In this document: in pieces, positions 38,614-52,760 of the stretch
Numbering within the stretch: position 1 is the stretch's first letter
Layout: the number at the start of each line of letters is the position of its first letter
NCBI GenBank assembly: GCA_000182565.2
Contig: KQ257452.1
From: Spizellomyces punctatus DAOM BR117
Taxonomy: Eukaryota
Strand: one strand, 5' to 3'
Length of the DNA stretch: 64,000 bases
Notes under the pieces: generated by a model
The model's input: only the letters and a program-made list of their open reading frames with translations
What the model was told of the DNA's origin: nothing
Database searches by the model: none
Translations under genes and position numbers: made by a program

Positions 38614-39634
38614 CTACAACTTGTCATCTTTCTTGAAGATCCACTTCGCACTGTCGCGAGCCTTCTGTTCTGCATTGGGATCCACTGCAAAATCACGGTC
38701 GATTAAGGTATTCTTGTCTGAACACAAGCGTCAGTTTGGGCCTTCAATGTTTGTGGTATGTTTGAAATCTCACCAGGGACGTCCATGCCCCGTCTCACAG
38801 CTGGACGTTCAGCCACTCGGTGCAACCATTTGTCAACATTCGGAAACTCATCCTGCAACATTAATATCAGTCGTAGCCCATAAGAACTAGGGAACTAATG
38901 TTCTCACCAGGGATACTCCAGCCCAGTTATGGGCCGCCACCCATCCAAAGGAGGCGACATCAGCCAAGGAGTAATCCCCAATAATGTAAGGACGACCATC
39001 TGCAAGCTGTCGTTCCAATACGGAATATAACCTTCGAGTTTCATCCTGGTACCGTTTGATACCGTATTCGATCTTCTCCGGAGCTGCAATGCATGTAAGT
39101 ATATCACAGTTTGCTTTAATCCGGATCGGTTAAAGGCATACCGTAACGGAAGAAGTGATTGGCTTGACCTTGCATCGGTCCCAATCCACCCATCTGCCAC
39201 ATCAACCACTGTATGGCTTCACTGCGTTTGTTGGCATCTTCAGGAAGCAAGAGATGTTCGGGATCATAATGTTCTGCAAGGTACAACAAGATGGCTCCGC
39301 TTTCAAATACTGGGAATCCTCCCCTCTTGTTGTCTACAATGGCAGGGATCCGACCGTTGGGGTTGATTTTCAAGAACCATTCTAGAGATACGTATGTTAG
39401 CTGGACATCAGCAGTGGACGTTGGTGTATGGCGAATCTCACCTTCTTTCTGCTCAGACTTTTGAAAATTAATCTTGTATGTCTCGTAGGGAAGCTTCAGC
39501 TCCTCCAGGGCTATGCTGACTTTCTGTCCGTTTGGAGTTCCTGAGGTAAACGGGTAAGTACCCAAACACACTACAAAGTACGATAATCGAAACTTACCGA
39601 CTGTGTAAAAGGTGATGGTAGGTTTTTCGGCCAT
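38614..39634 (-). CDS. Glutathione S-transferase, Ure2/YfcG (Nu)-like class
   Basis: [71 protein letters not shown]. Confidence 0.92.
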
Positions 39635-40221
39635 GACGCTGGTGCTGGTGAGTCTTGTGCTAAAGTTGACTGATTTGTGTAGATGCCGAAGCAATGATGT
39701 GTGAAATTTGCCAGATACGACAGCCCGCATAGGATTGGAGGGGGGGCAAAAGGACAAACCCGGGCTTTTTATGCACAAAAAACGCGATGCAATATATCGC
39801 GTGCGTAACGGAATGGTTGATTTGAAATACCCTTCTGTTGCAATTTGCCCTTCCCAGCCCTCAATGTCGACATGGTGGACATCACCAGAGCACCAATGAC
39901 GACGAGGGGGAGAAAAAGATCATCAGCTGCCGGTGTGCAAAATCCAACGATTGCGAATATGCAGCATTCAAGAACCAAAGGTTTTCAAACGCTTCCGTAT
40001 CCAAACACCTTTGATTAGAGCAAGCTGCAATGCCTTTGTAATATCTGACTTTTGAAATGGATCGTATCTTACAAATTCTATTCTCTCAATATGTCGATGC
40101 ACAATTGACATACATGAAATGGCAGCCAAAAACATATGAAGTCCGAACTCTCAAAAATGTATTTACTACATCAACCATCACTCAAAAAGTTAAAACATGA
40201 ACGAGGAAAGCAGATCATTAT

Positions 40222-40944
<723 letters not shown>

Positions 40945-41150
40945 GGTCGTTTAAATCAGTAGTAGCGTGGAGGGATGATGGGATCAAGCCGAGAAAAAAC
41001 GGAAAAAAACACTTGCAGACAAGGGCACTGATAACCTTTGGCACAAAAGTAAAGAGTCTAAAGGATACAACAAGCGGCAAACTTGGCAACGCGAGCATTG
41101 GGTATGTGGCACAGTCACTGTTGCTACAATTGGTCCAGACGGCTGGACAC

Positions 41151-43189
41151 TTAGGCCGTCGTCTTGGATGGGTCGGGGACCTCCCTCGTCTCGTAGGACC
41201 AGAAACCTTGAACGTCGCTGGTTAAGAAGCAGTTAGACGTAAAGCAAGGTCAGGGAGAAGGCAGCTCAACGATAGAGCATGGACATACCATAGCATCTTT
41301 ATGATTGTGCCTCCTACTCCACATTTGATCAAGTCCGTCAACGTAATCCGATCCGACATTTGGGGATTCGCCATATCAAATACTTCGTTCTGGACAAGAT
41401 ATATGAGCCTCTTATATGCAAATGCCTCCCTCGTAACAGAACTTCACACCTTTACGTCGCGGATCCCAACTGTCTCGTGTCCCATTGACATCATCTTATC
41501 TGCTACAGCCTAGAATGCGTCGATATTTCGTTAACCATCCAGGTTTCTAGGGAGAAGCACGATATGCAATATACCTTGAAGAAATACATAATCGTATGCT
41601 CATCCAAATATCCTTCTCCTTTGATGTCCAACATCCGGAAGCAGTAGCTAATCGCTTCAGGTGTTTGTATGTTTTCCACGGCCAGCACAAAATCCAAAAA
41701 TGTTCGATAGTCCTGCATTCACAAAAAGATGCACATGTCAGGATAAAATTCAGCGCCAAAGAGCGCATTGACTCTTTAACGTTACCATTTCGCCCCCATA
41801 TGTCTGACATTCTGAAAACGACTTGCTTAGCATCCATCAATGTCAATAACTGCCATCCATCCTATCGGTACCTTGGAAGACTCGGTCCAGAAAAAGATCT
41901 GTCAGCGAACCACTGTTGTATTTCCCAAGCTCAGACCTGCTGAGCATGCCATTGCGGTCCGTGTCCAGATTCAAAAACTGCCCTGATCAAAGCAAACGCT
42001 CAACATTAAAGAAGCTAGTGCCGGGCGTCGAAAAGATCAGACCGCACCGTAAACCCGTAAGCTCGAGTACGCGGAGAACCAGTTTGACCGTTCATAGTCT
42101 TTGGGTAATTCAGGCTCCCGCAATTCGAATAGTTCAGTGAGAATTGGCGACAACAGAATGTTTTGAATGCCTATCTTGCCTACGGCATCCAGAACATGTT
42201 TACACCTGGCATTCCTCCCTTGTAATCATAATAGCGACTTACCGCGTCGCATGGGATCCAAGAAGAACCCAAACTTTCGGGACGCAGTGCATAAATAGAA
42301 CTTGTGAAATGACTTGCTAAGAGTATGCAGGTTAAGAGACGGTATCAAATCTGCAACGTAACGTTGAAGATCCTGCGAATGAGAAGGGTCTCAATCGGCT
42401 GACATCGAACTAGCAGAGCATCCACGTCAGCGCACCTCTTCGGTAAGGTAACCATCGCGGTCATCGTCGTAGACACTCAAATCAAGGCGAGCTTGGAGCA
42501 AGGAAACTGCTCGGTATGAGATGTGAATGGCCTTTGGGCCGAGGGGAGCATTTGGTCCGATCGCGGCCATTTCATACCTTTACGCAACACATAATTGAAA
42601 AACTGAAGTACCGATATTGTTCCATCGTCTTCTTCAACAAATCGCATATAGCATGAAGGCTTGAAGAAGGATCGAAACTTTGCTGGCAATGTGGAATTGA
42701 TTTGATCGAAATCAGCATAGCTTATCTGCTACAGATGAACGTGGATGAGCTTCAATATTGCTTCCAGCTTATTTTTCAACAGCTGTTCCAAACTGTGACC
42801 TAATTTTGATAAGGCAGCCCGCACCAGCGAACTTGGTATACTTACCCGTTCTTCGTCGGTTTCTCCCGTTGCTCTCTCCAACAGAGCGTCCCACAAAATA
42901 TCCAACTCCTCGTTGGAAAGCAGACTGTTTCTTTGGAAGGAAATGAACTCGGCGTAGGCGGCTTCTCCAAACTTCTGAGCTAGTTCCGAACTTGGAACTT
43001 TCTTCTATACGAGGTGTTAGGTCTGTTGTACCCTGCGCGAGTAGCTGCACATACCTTTACGAAGAAGCGTGGGATACCACTCTGAATTTCCCGCTGTGGG
43101 CCATGTTCATACTCTTCATTCTGCGCTTCAGTGCTGTCGTGCACAGGCTGCTCTGCGCATCTATGAAGGGCCGCTCGCCAACTCGCCAT
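41151..43189 (-). CDS. PPP2R3C: PP2A regulatory subunit B'' gamma (EF-hand)
   Basis: IPRFFVK, QFFNYVLRK, FYLCTASRKFGFFLDP, TNWFSAYS.LRVYGQFLNLDTDRNGMLS, MDYRTFLDFVLAVEN, DVKNEVFDM, GFWSYETRE. Confidence 0.88.
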
Positions 43190-43353
43190 GTAAACAAGTT
43201 GGGGATACCGGAGTGAATTCGCCAGTATGTCACGGACGCGCTTCTGGGGTTGCCTCGGAATACACCATTTCGCCACGCATCACCCTGACAAACCTTGGCA
43301 TAAACAGCACCTCTTAAACGTTTCTAAACGGCGCGGATATCGAGTTGTGAGAG

Positions 43354-46300
43354 ATGTCCTCAGGGGACTCCACTCCAACCACACCGAGGACTCCTTCAGA
43401 AACGGCATACCTCCCAGAAGTGGGAAGCGTGGTGGAGATCAACGGGGTGATTGGCAAGGTTCACTATGCCGGAACAACGTCCTTCGCTACCGGATTGTGG
43501 GTCGGTATAGAACTTGAGGCACCCAAGGGCAAGAATGATGGTTCCGTGCAAGGAATAAGATATTTTACGTGCGAAATGGGATACGGTGTATTTGTCCGCC
43601 CAAGTCAAGTTCGGAGGCCAGATGGCACCCCGAAGGTACGAGAACAAACAATGGATTCACCTACTATGTGAAGTGAAGTGCAAAAACTAATCTCTTGCTG
43701 TCAACTCCAGCCGGCAGGTACACCAACCTCCTCAACTCCATCTGCGCGAAGTCGACCCACATCCGCCCCACCTTCCCGCTCCACCACTCCAACCGCAAGA
43801 AACATATCGCAACGCACTTCAACCCGACCGTCACCTTCTCCTTCCACTGTGTCTCGACCTACATCTGCTCCTTTGGGAACAGCTCGTACAGGTAGCGCCC
43901 GAAACTCCACTGTGGGTCCGACAAGAGTCCTATCCCCAACCAGTGGCCTGCCTTCACCGAAACTACGAAACTCTGCCATATCTCCAGTGCCAAGGGGAGC
44001 ATCTCCGCCAAATCCATTATCGCGGGGCTCATCCAGGAGCACATCGAGAAGTGGGTCGTTCTCCGACCCTCAAGAAGAACTGGAGAAGAAAATGCACATG
44101 TCTACTCCAAAATCCGCGTTGAAAAGAATAAGTTCGGAGCTAAGGGAAGAGGAGGCGCTTCATACAGAAGAAGTCGAAGAGGTCCCTGCTCCTCCCGTGT
44201 CGGTGACGAGCCAGGTGTCACGTTTGGTGACAGCCTTAGAACCTCCAAGACCAAGTGACCAAGTGAGCTCTGCGACCACGAATACAACAGCACGTCCTGC
44301 ATCTGCACTGGATTTTGAGCAAGATGAGCAAATAATACAGGATGAGCATATTGCTCAAGTAACGGACGTCACGCCTCCGCTCAATACCACGTACGATCAT
44401 CCAGTTGTCGCCTCGTCTATAACTAATGTGAACGCAAGTCCTTCAAAGTTCAGTCAAGTACGTGCTGAAACAGGTTGCGCAGTACCATGTGCCAGAATTT
44501 ATTTCATTAACGCTACCTTTGCAGCTCGTTCCTCTTCGCGATTTGGAAGATCTTCGTATTAAAATTAAACACTTAGAAATCAAACGCGCAGAAGATCGAG
44601 AAAAACTCCTGGAATTCGAGCGTCTGCGTACAGAGCTGGATTCAGCGGTGGTCATGCGAAGTAAACTGAGCGAAAAGCTACAGGAGTTGCAAGCTGAAAT
44701 GAAAGATGCCCGACGACAGCTAAAAGATGCATTGGAAGAAAAGGACCATCTGGAAGTACAATTGGCGGAAACACAAGAAGGTATGGAGATGATCCTCCTG
44801 GATAAGGAGATGGCAGAGGAAAGGGCAGATTCACTTCAGGCGGAAGTCCACGCGCTCGAGGAAAAGGTGGAGGAACTTTCACTAGATTTGGAGGTTCTTA
44901 AAGAGGAGGGCCATCCAGGCGCACCCGCAGATGATGAGGCAAACACTGGGGAATCGGAGGAGCGATCCAGTGTAGCTTTTATTCAGCTCGAAAGACAGAA
45001 TGAACGGCTGAAAGACGCATTAGTGAAATTGCGCGACGTCACCACGGAGCAAGAAGCGGTTTTGAAAGACAAGATCGAGATGCTGGAGAAAGAGGCTATA
45101 GAACTCGCAGAGTACAAGGTCCAACATGAGAAGGTTTCTGAAAAGCTTGCCGTTGCTGAGGTTACAATCGAAGACCTGAAAGCAATGATAGATGATTCGC
45201 TTGGCGCCGAGGACATGGTAGAGACTCTTACGGAAAGAAACATGATTTTGAACGAAAAGCTCGAAGAAGCAAAGGCTGTAATTCAAGATCTGGAAGCTCT
45301 TAAGGAGTTGAATGACGAGCTAGAACAGGATCATATTGAAACCGAAAAGCTACTGCAAGAGGAGATTGATTTAAAGGATGGGCTCTTAGTTGAGCAGGGG
45401 AAACGAATTTCTGGTCAAGAAGAGGCATTAGCAGACTATGAAAGAACCATTGTTCAATTCCGGGATTTGGTTCGCACCTTGCAGAGCGATTTAGATCGGT
45501 TGCGTCGAGGGGTTGACGACGGGGCCCCAGACCAGAAGCAGCGGGACCTCGGCAGCCAAACTCAGGCCATGGTCAACTTGAATCTCCAATTACAGTCGAC
45601 AGCGCTGAAAGCGCAGGCCAGAGCTGTAGAGTTAGAATTACGCAAGCTGGATGTGGAGCAAGCCATGCAGCAATTGGAGATGATTAAGCCATATTTGCCG
45701 GATTCCTTTTTCCAAACAGAGGTCGACGCCTTGTTCTGCATTTTACTTTTCCGACGACTCTACTTCAAAGCCCATCTCTTGGCTGAACGCGTCAAAGAGG
45801 TTGCAAATCAGACTGACGATCCCGGGGAAGCCGACAAAAGGTCTTTCTTGTGGCACATCGTGGACAAGCTGGGGCAACTCGATGGGCTGGCGCGTCAGTT
45901 TGATGGGTACATGGGGGGCTGCTCCGTTGACCAGTTCATGAAGCTGGGCAAAATGTACCCAGAGCTGACTGGTGCAGAGAAGAAGCTGGATCATCTCATA
46001 GAATTAGTGAAGAATGAGGAGATCAAGGGGATTGCACTCCTGAACGATTTGACTAAATCGATCATGAGACTTGAACGTCTTGCTGAAGCCTATCTGCGGC
46101 AGGGTGATGGACCCATAGATGTACGAAGTCGACAGCATCTCATGCAGGCGTGCATTGCGGCGGTAGGGGTAAGCACAGAGAGAGTGGGAGCTGATGTGGA
46201 AAGAGTTGATGTAGCTCTTACTGGCAACGAAGTGGATGATAATGTGGTTGATGAGACTTTGCCGGCCAGCAGAGGGGAGGTACTGACCCTATGGGAAGAT

Positions 46301-47959
46301 GTGCGGAAGGTTAACGCCAGTGTTAAAGCTACTAGTAAAAAGCTTGAGCGTCGGTTGGATGACATGGCGAGACAAGGATGGACCGTTCGGGCATCTGCTA
46401 CAACACTTATCCTCGATGTAAATACCCAACGTCTGCGTTTGACGGACTTTTGCGACGCGCTGGCAAGTGAAGTGGTGAAACATATTCAGGAGTGTCGGAA
46501 GACCAATCGACCAGTTGTGCCTCTGACGCTGCACAAAGCATCCCGTGATGCCGCAGAACGTATCTTCGGAACAACCGAAGGAATATTCGGGACTGCACTT
46601 CTTGAAAATCTCCAGAAGCTAGTCGATTCTCTCGGTCAGGCGGAGACCGCTCTGGGTGATGATGGCAACTGGGAGAAGATACCATCCACGTCCGCTCCTT
46701 GGCTCAGCCGTGCTGATAGAGTCAAGAGCGACTACACAGTCAATTCCAACCTCCAAAAGCAAGTGGAGTCTTTGAATGAGGAGGTCATGACTTTGGTACG
46801 AGAAGTCAAATCAAAAGATCAGCTGTTGCAGGAATCTGCAGTTAAAATAGAGTTGCTCGAAAAGAGGATGGAGAATGTTCGCAAGCACGCTGAAACGATA
46901 TCTCATCTGGAAGACTCTCTTACCAAAACCAAGGAGAAGGCCAAGGTATATGAAGAGGCTGTCGAGTCTCTGCATGCTGATCTGGAGCAGCTGGAAAATG
47001 AAAATGAGAAATTACGGAAGGTTGTGAAGAGATATGAGAGACAGCAACCTGGTGTTCCGGGGGTGGTGTCGCCGCGGTCAATGCGAATTGATTCTACCAG
47101 CGACGCTGGGGCAGGCGCGCGAGGGAGATCTGAGGATGTGATGCGGCCGGAAGGCGTGGAATCGGTTATGGACGATAGTTTGCTGGCACAGGTAAGATGT
47201 TTGGGAATACGCAGAGCTTGTCATCATATCACCTGCCTTACACAATCGATCCTGTAGTTTGAATCCCTAAAATCTGCCGTGCGTTTCCTACGGACGGAAA
47301 ACTCTCGGCTCAAGGCGGACAAGGCCATGGCATCCTCCGTGACACTGTTCGACCCTCTGGATCCGCTCATGCGTCGCGGTTTACGACGTTCTGATATCTT
47401 GTCACCCGCCGCGCAAACTGCCGATGCTGATAGTCCAGAAGAACGGGAATCCGTTCGGTCCCCATCCGTTGAGGATGGTTTAGCTCAAGTCAGACAGGAG
47501 GCTCGTAAGTTCGCCCGACAAGTATCCTTGATCGCTACCACACCACGCGTGGTCGATGTTACGCGCATGCCTGCTGCAACAGAGCGTAAGTGGTGGTCCT
47601 GCAGGGATGATCCCAGGATCCAGAAACTGGCCGAGGAAGAAAAAGGTAGACGACTGTGGGAAAAGGGGATGGAGTTACGGGAGAAGGTGCATCGAGCTGT
47701 TGGAGCGACTTCTACAACGCTCGCATCACATGTACGTATGCACTGCTGCACTGCATGGGCGTAATAGTGGCCATAATCTCTGATTCATTAAACCTTGCAG
47801 GGCCCACGTTCATTGCATCAAGGCAAGGCTGGAGAAATGCCACTTTTAGGACGAGTCCGATTCCCATGCACCTTGCCGGAAGAATCCGGCCGACGTAAAT
47901 GCGTGGTCCTCAAGACGAGGAAAGAGTTTGAAGCGCTGCACGCGGTGCTCGCCATATGA
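43354..47959 (+). CDS. DCTN1: Dynactin p150 subunit (CAP-Gly plus coiled coil)
   Basis: TSFATGLWVGIEL..PKGKNDGSVQG.RYF, EMILLDKEMAEERAD, QNERLKDALVKLRD, LGAEDMVETLTERN, LKELNDELE. Confidence 0.95.
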
Positions 47960-48106
47960 TGGAAACCAATGCTATTGAATTAGAAAATATTGCGATACCT
48001 GCGGGTGTGCAAACCAGTTTACTGTTCAATACCCAATTAGACAACTGTACTGGAACTATGTAGATAGGTAATGTATTAATGAGCTACAATCAGCAGCAGA
48101 TCAGAT

Positions 48107-49197
48107 TTACAAATTCGGCTGGCCCGAAATGAAAAACCACTTGTCAACTGGAAATAGAACGCCAATTTAGGTCCAGCACAAGAAAAGATCGAGGCACATT
48201 CAACGGCTACACTTACTTGAGGGGTCAATTGGTCCCGGAGGTTTGGGGGCGCTTGCAGGCACACTTTTGTATTCTGCCGAGTCAGTACCAACCTTGTATG
48301 GGCTATCGGCAACCGTCGTGTTCACACTACGATAGACGATACTTCAGAACTTGGACATGTGGAAATCAGACAACTGCTTGAACATACGTGGTCACGTCAT
48401 AGCTCTCTCCTTTGTTAGGGACGGCCTTGGTGATGAGGCGGTGCCATGCCTCGTGGGTCTCGTTTATGACTTCGGTGGCATACTTCTTATTCTTGGCCTC
48501 ACCGCTGAATGCAAAGTTGTTCTCGGGCTTGCCATCCGGGATCTTGTAGATGCGGAACCATTCATTGGTAGCCCGAAGAAGACCAGGCAGGAGCTTCTCA
48601 ACATCCTCAATGTCGTTAAGCTTGGGAGCAAGCGGGTCGTTCACATCGATGACAATGACCTTCCAGTCAGTTTCACCCTCATCAAGAAGGGCCATTGTGC
48701 CCAGCACCTTGACCTGCTTGACCTGGCCAGTGTAGCCAACTGTCTCGCCAATTTCGCATACATCAAGCGGATCATTGTCACCCTTGGCCTTCGTGTCGGG
48801 ATGAACCGACGTGGGGTCTTCCCAAGTTTGGGGGAATGCACCATAGTTCCAGATATAACCGTGGTGGGGGAAACAGTTGCGCACGTAGCGGAGCTTGCCC
48901 TTCTTCACATCCTGCTTGATGGGGTTGAAAGCTTCATCCTTGGAGATTTCCAACTTGGCGTTCGTCCAGCGAGGAATTTCGACAACCATGTTGTAGATTG
49001 TCTTCTCGGCATTGGCGTACAACGGAATGTCGTGGAAGGGAGAGACCACCTTGCCGGTGCTGTCCTCTACATTCATTACAGACAATTATCAGCAGCATAC
49101 TCGAGAAAGCTAATCTACGGAGCATAGACTCACCAATGTACACCCGGTGCTCGAGGGTGTTGGGAGCACCGACAACGCGGGGCTTGTATTCAGTCAT
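48107..49197 (-). CDS. IPP1: Inorganic pyrophosphatase (family I)
   Basis: [90 protein letters not shown]. Confidence 0.96.
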
Positions 49198-49428
49198 GTT
49201 GCTAGATGTAGCGTGTAAGGAGCGGACGGAAGTGGGGAGTAGGTGCTGGTAAACAGCTGTTGTTCTCCTAACCGGAGATGATGCGAACCTTAAGTGAGAC
49301 AGCTTGGCGATGGCCAAAAGAATCGTGCACGAAGAGCGACGGGAGGCCTCGCCATCTTGCGCCGCATTGTTGCCATGCGATGGACACACCCGGATTACAC
49401 ATTGGAATGCATTGATCGGGTCGAACCG

Positions 49429-49436
49429 TGACGTCA
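49429..49436. promoter_or_regulatory. Perfect CRE/ATF site in the IPP1/NCA2 divergent promoter
   Basis: TGACGTCA palindrome between two head-to-head genes; function is inferred only. Confidence 0.3.
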
Positions 49437-49561
49437 AAGCTGAATATGAGATATCGACAGCAACTCATTGCCGCTGGCTGGGAGTCGAAAATATCAGAGG
49501 TGTTGAATCGACTTGTGGACTGTCTGTATCCCATCACGCCGTGAACCTCTCTGCACACGGC

Positions 49562-51963
49562 ATGGGCTTCGTCTCCGAGCGACTCAATGCCCAGTTACGG
49601 GCGATAGATGCCGTCTTCCACCTGGACCCGGAACACGACGACTTGTCCAATACGTTTACCATTCTGTTTGGTCAAACCAGTAACTCTGTTGAGGGAACGA
49701 GACAATCCGATGCTGTTCGCATTATTTGGGACGTTTTGCAATCTCCGACTTTTAGGCGCCCCCGCGTAAAGAAGAGCGACGACTCGGACCTTGCCGAAGA
49801 TCATTTACCACCACTAACTGAAGTTGCGGAAAGGCTGCGGCAAGTACGAGAGGCCTTGTCCGAAGAGAGTCTTGCACGTACTTCTGCCTCAACTTCTAGT
49901 TCTGACCGTACAAATCTTGGTCCACTAAAACAAGGGCGATATCCGCTTGCTGAGTTGGCATTCTTATCCAAAGTCGCGGCCGTACTACACGCTCACCTGT
50001 TGCACCGTCTCGTTACCGCGTCAAGTAGTCTTCCACCTCATGTTTCCTATTGGCGAGACCAGGAGATATCAAGTATCCGTGCTGGGTACTATCTGCTTCA
50101 AACCTTACCGCGACGTATATATCGCTACGCCCAGTTGTTGGCTGCATCAGTGCGATCGCAGCAACCACACCATCTCCGACCACAGTTCCAGATATTCTCA
50201 AAAAAGCTGCTGAGTAGGTTTGGCGGAGCGGGCCAGCAAGTCAATGTAGCGAGTACGACATTTTTGGGACTTGGGTTAAGCAGCCTTCGGCCGCCACCCA
50301 CGGTCTTTGAGTTGGCGCGCCAAGAGATTAGATGCAAAAGAGAGAAGTTGGAGATCGCCAGAGAAGTGGAAGCAAGCTGCCTGGGGCTCCTAGCCGACCA
50401 TGGCATTGATATAAAGCCCGCAACGGTGCGAGCAACCTTTGCTAGACGGAGCGCAGAGGGCCGTTTCAAGGTCTCACGCGAAGATGTGGCTGAAGCTGCA
50501 AAGGAGGTGCAAGCAACGCTGTCCAAAGTTTTAATACTTATGACAGCGTCCCTCGATAAAGTAAGCAGAGTGGCTGACGACATGAGTCCAGAGGAGGAAG
50601 TTGTATGGGCTGATGTGTCCAGCTTGGAAGGTCTGTAATAAAGATAAACGATGTCACAAGCGAGTGGGCCTGATGCATTGTCTGAATTCAGAGGATATCG
50701 GGCATACGGAAGTTCAGCCTATTGCAGACTTGTACGAAGAAGTCAATCGTGTATACACGTCCTTCGTCACTCTCGACTGGTCGTTCGAGCGCCTGACAAG
50801 AAAATACGGACGGCCTTCGCGGATTACCCGGTATTGGCTCCCGGCTGTAACAGGCACTTTCCTGGTGTACAGCATTGGCTCTACCCTGGCATTGCGATGG
50901 GATGACGTTGTAGATTGGGCTGACAATCTGCGGGACACCATATCCAGCTTTTTTACCGAATGGATCGTGAAACCTTTGCAGAACGTCTATACTACGATCC
51001 GACATAAAGAGGCGCAGCTGGCCATAACGTCGAGTGAATCATTGAATGCGGACCTGAAGGTATGATTGATAGCATTCATGAATATTTGGTCAAATCTCAA
51101 CGGGTTCGGGTTTAGGCGCTTGAGAAGATGGTAGTAGAGTATGCGCGAGACCATGGAGTGACGGATCCCCTTGAACTGACCCGCATCGGGGAGCAAGCTC
51201 AGCATGGCGATATGAGTTTAGTGTTGCAACAGTATGCTGAAGAGCTTAAATCGCCGTTCAAAAATGCTCTGAGCGGTAGGAGATGATATTATGCTCGCTT
51301 GGGTTGCGTTAGTAATTATGACATTTTATTGGGATCAGGCGACTTGGTACGAGCGCTTCTCATTCAAATCCAGAAGGCGAAAGTCGATGGGGAGCTAGCC
51401 ATATCAGCGCTCGATAAGCTGTTGCGCTCAAACGAACTCAACTTTGCATTTCTGGCGGTCATGCCCTCCATCTTACTTACCTGGTCTCTTGGAAGCAGTT
51501 TTCAAAGATTGTGGAGGGGATCAAAGGAGAAGAACAGGGAGAAAACGTATAGGCTTGTCAGAGGAAGTCTAAGGTGGTGTATTATGCAATTGTATATCTA
51601 TTAGCAGGGGACTGATCCGCGCATTTTATCATTCTTAGGAATATTGATCGCCTGTTGAACCAAGCCAATCAGCAGGGAGCACGGGTTCAACCGCTTCCTC
51701 ATCAAGCGCACGGTCTCCTCCTTTGTGAAGTATATCTGTTGCGACGTTGCGTCCCGAGCATTCCTAGAAGAGAGAACTACCGACAGAATTTTGTTGAAGA
51801 TTTAAGAGAACTAGAAGGGGGAGCCAATGATGCTGAGTGGACACCGAACCACGATTTCCAGCTAGTCCGAGATTCTCGAGAGCGATGGACGGTCACCCAG
51901 CGAATGGAGACGGTAAAACGAATGTGGAGGACTTATCCTTTTGTGCGAGGGGTATCTGTATGA
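49562..51963 (+). CDS. NCA2: Nuclear control of ATPase protein 2-like mitochondrial membrane protein
   Basis: YYLLQTLPRR, GRPSRITRYWLP, GDLVRALLIQIQKAKVDGELAISALDKLLRSNELNFAFLAVMPS, FVEDLREL. Confidence 0.88.
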
Positions 51964-52163
51964 TAAATTATAGTGGGCAGATGGCGGGTAATGTGACCCA
52001 GGATTGTACCATATTTCCAATTGAGAAAGCATCCACGATTGTAGCAAGCCATTCAAGAGGCATCAGTAATAATCATACAGTAATAATGTGGCTAATGCGG
52101 ATATTCATTGATTATCCTGCCGGTGCATGGCAAGGAGCTGTTCAGTTTGTCAAAGCTGCCATT

Positions 52164-52188
52164 CCCTCTCTCTCCCTCTCTCTCTCTC
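52164..52188. repeat. Imperfect (CT)n microsatellite
   Basis: ccctctctctccctctctctctctc. Confidence 0.8.
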
Positions 52189-52760
52189 GTTCCTCAACTC
52201 ACGTCTCACTCTTATGTTTGAATCCTATCGCGCTACGTCGGTCATCACCTTTCAATCTCAACAATGCACTTGCCAGTGGAATGGTAAGCAAAACTCACCC
52301 TGCACCCTTCTAATTGCCACGGCCTGATTTCCGCTTATGGTTTTAGTCCCATCGTGCTGGAACAACTATGCTCGCAATTTCTCTCAAGATGGTGGAAGTT
52401 TTACCTGGTTTGAGGTACTTAGGCCCAACAACATCGCATGCAGAAAAGTTATGCTTTGTCAAGGCCACAATCTTCAGAGTGAAGACGGGAGCATCTTAGT
52501 AGTGTACTGATCTGGATTACTTAACACTGCACGTGATGCGCTATGCTTGCATAATCATAGAGTTCAAGCGCTCCTGGTGCTGAACTGTTCGCAAGACAGT
52601 ATCGCCGGACCAACCTCGCTGATATGTATGGATCACGACAACCGAGGTAGTTTTACATCGTAAGATTTCTTTATTCGCCCTTTTTGATTGTGTAAACTTT
52701 GTCGCGTTCAGGACGAGCTTCGTCGGCGCATCTACAGCGACTCTCGCACCAACTTCATCC

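Noticed and set aside
43249-43263. GTTGCCTCGGAATAC as an RFX X-box
   Set aside because: Only one half-site fits the consensus, and no equivalent was seen at the other flagellar genes.
48351-49127. 258-aa ORF antisense to IPP1; likewise 40330-40878 (calmodulin) and 26916-27560 (RRP5)
   Set aside because: Antisense shadows of codon-biased or low-complexity coding sequence with no independent protein features.
49304-49561. Upstream extension of the NCA2 ORF (MAMAKRIV...)
   Set aside because: It runs through the divergent promoter and IPP1 leader. NCA2-like sequence starts plausibly at MGFVSERL (49562).
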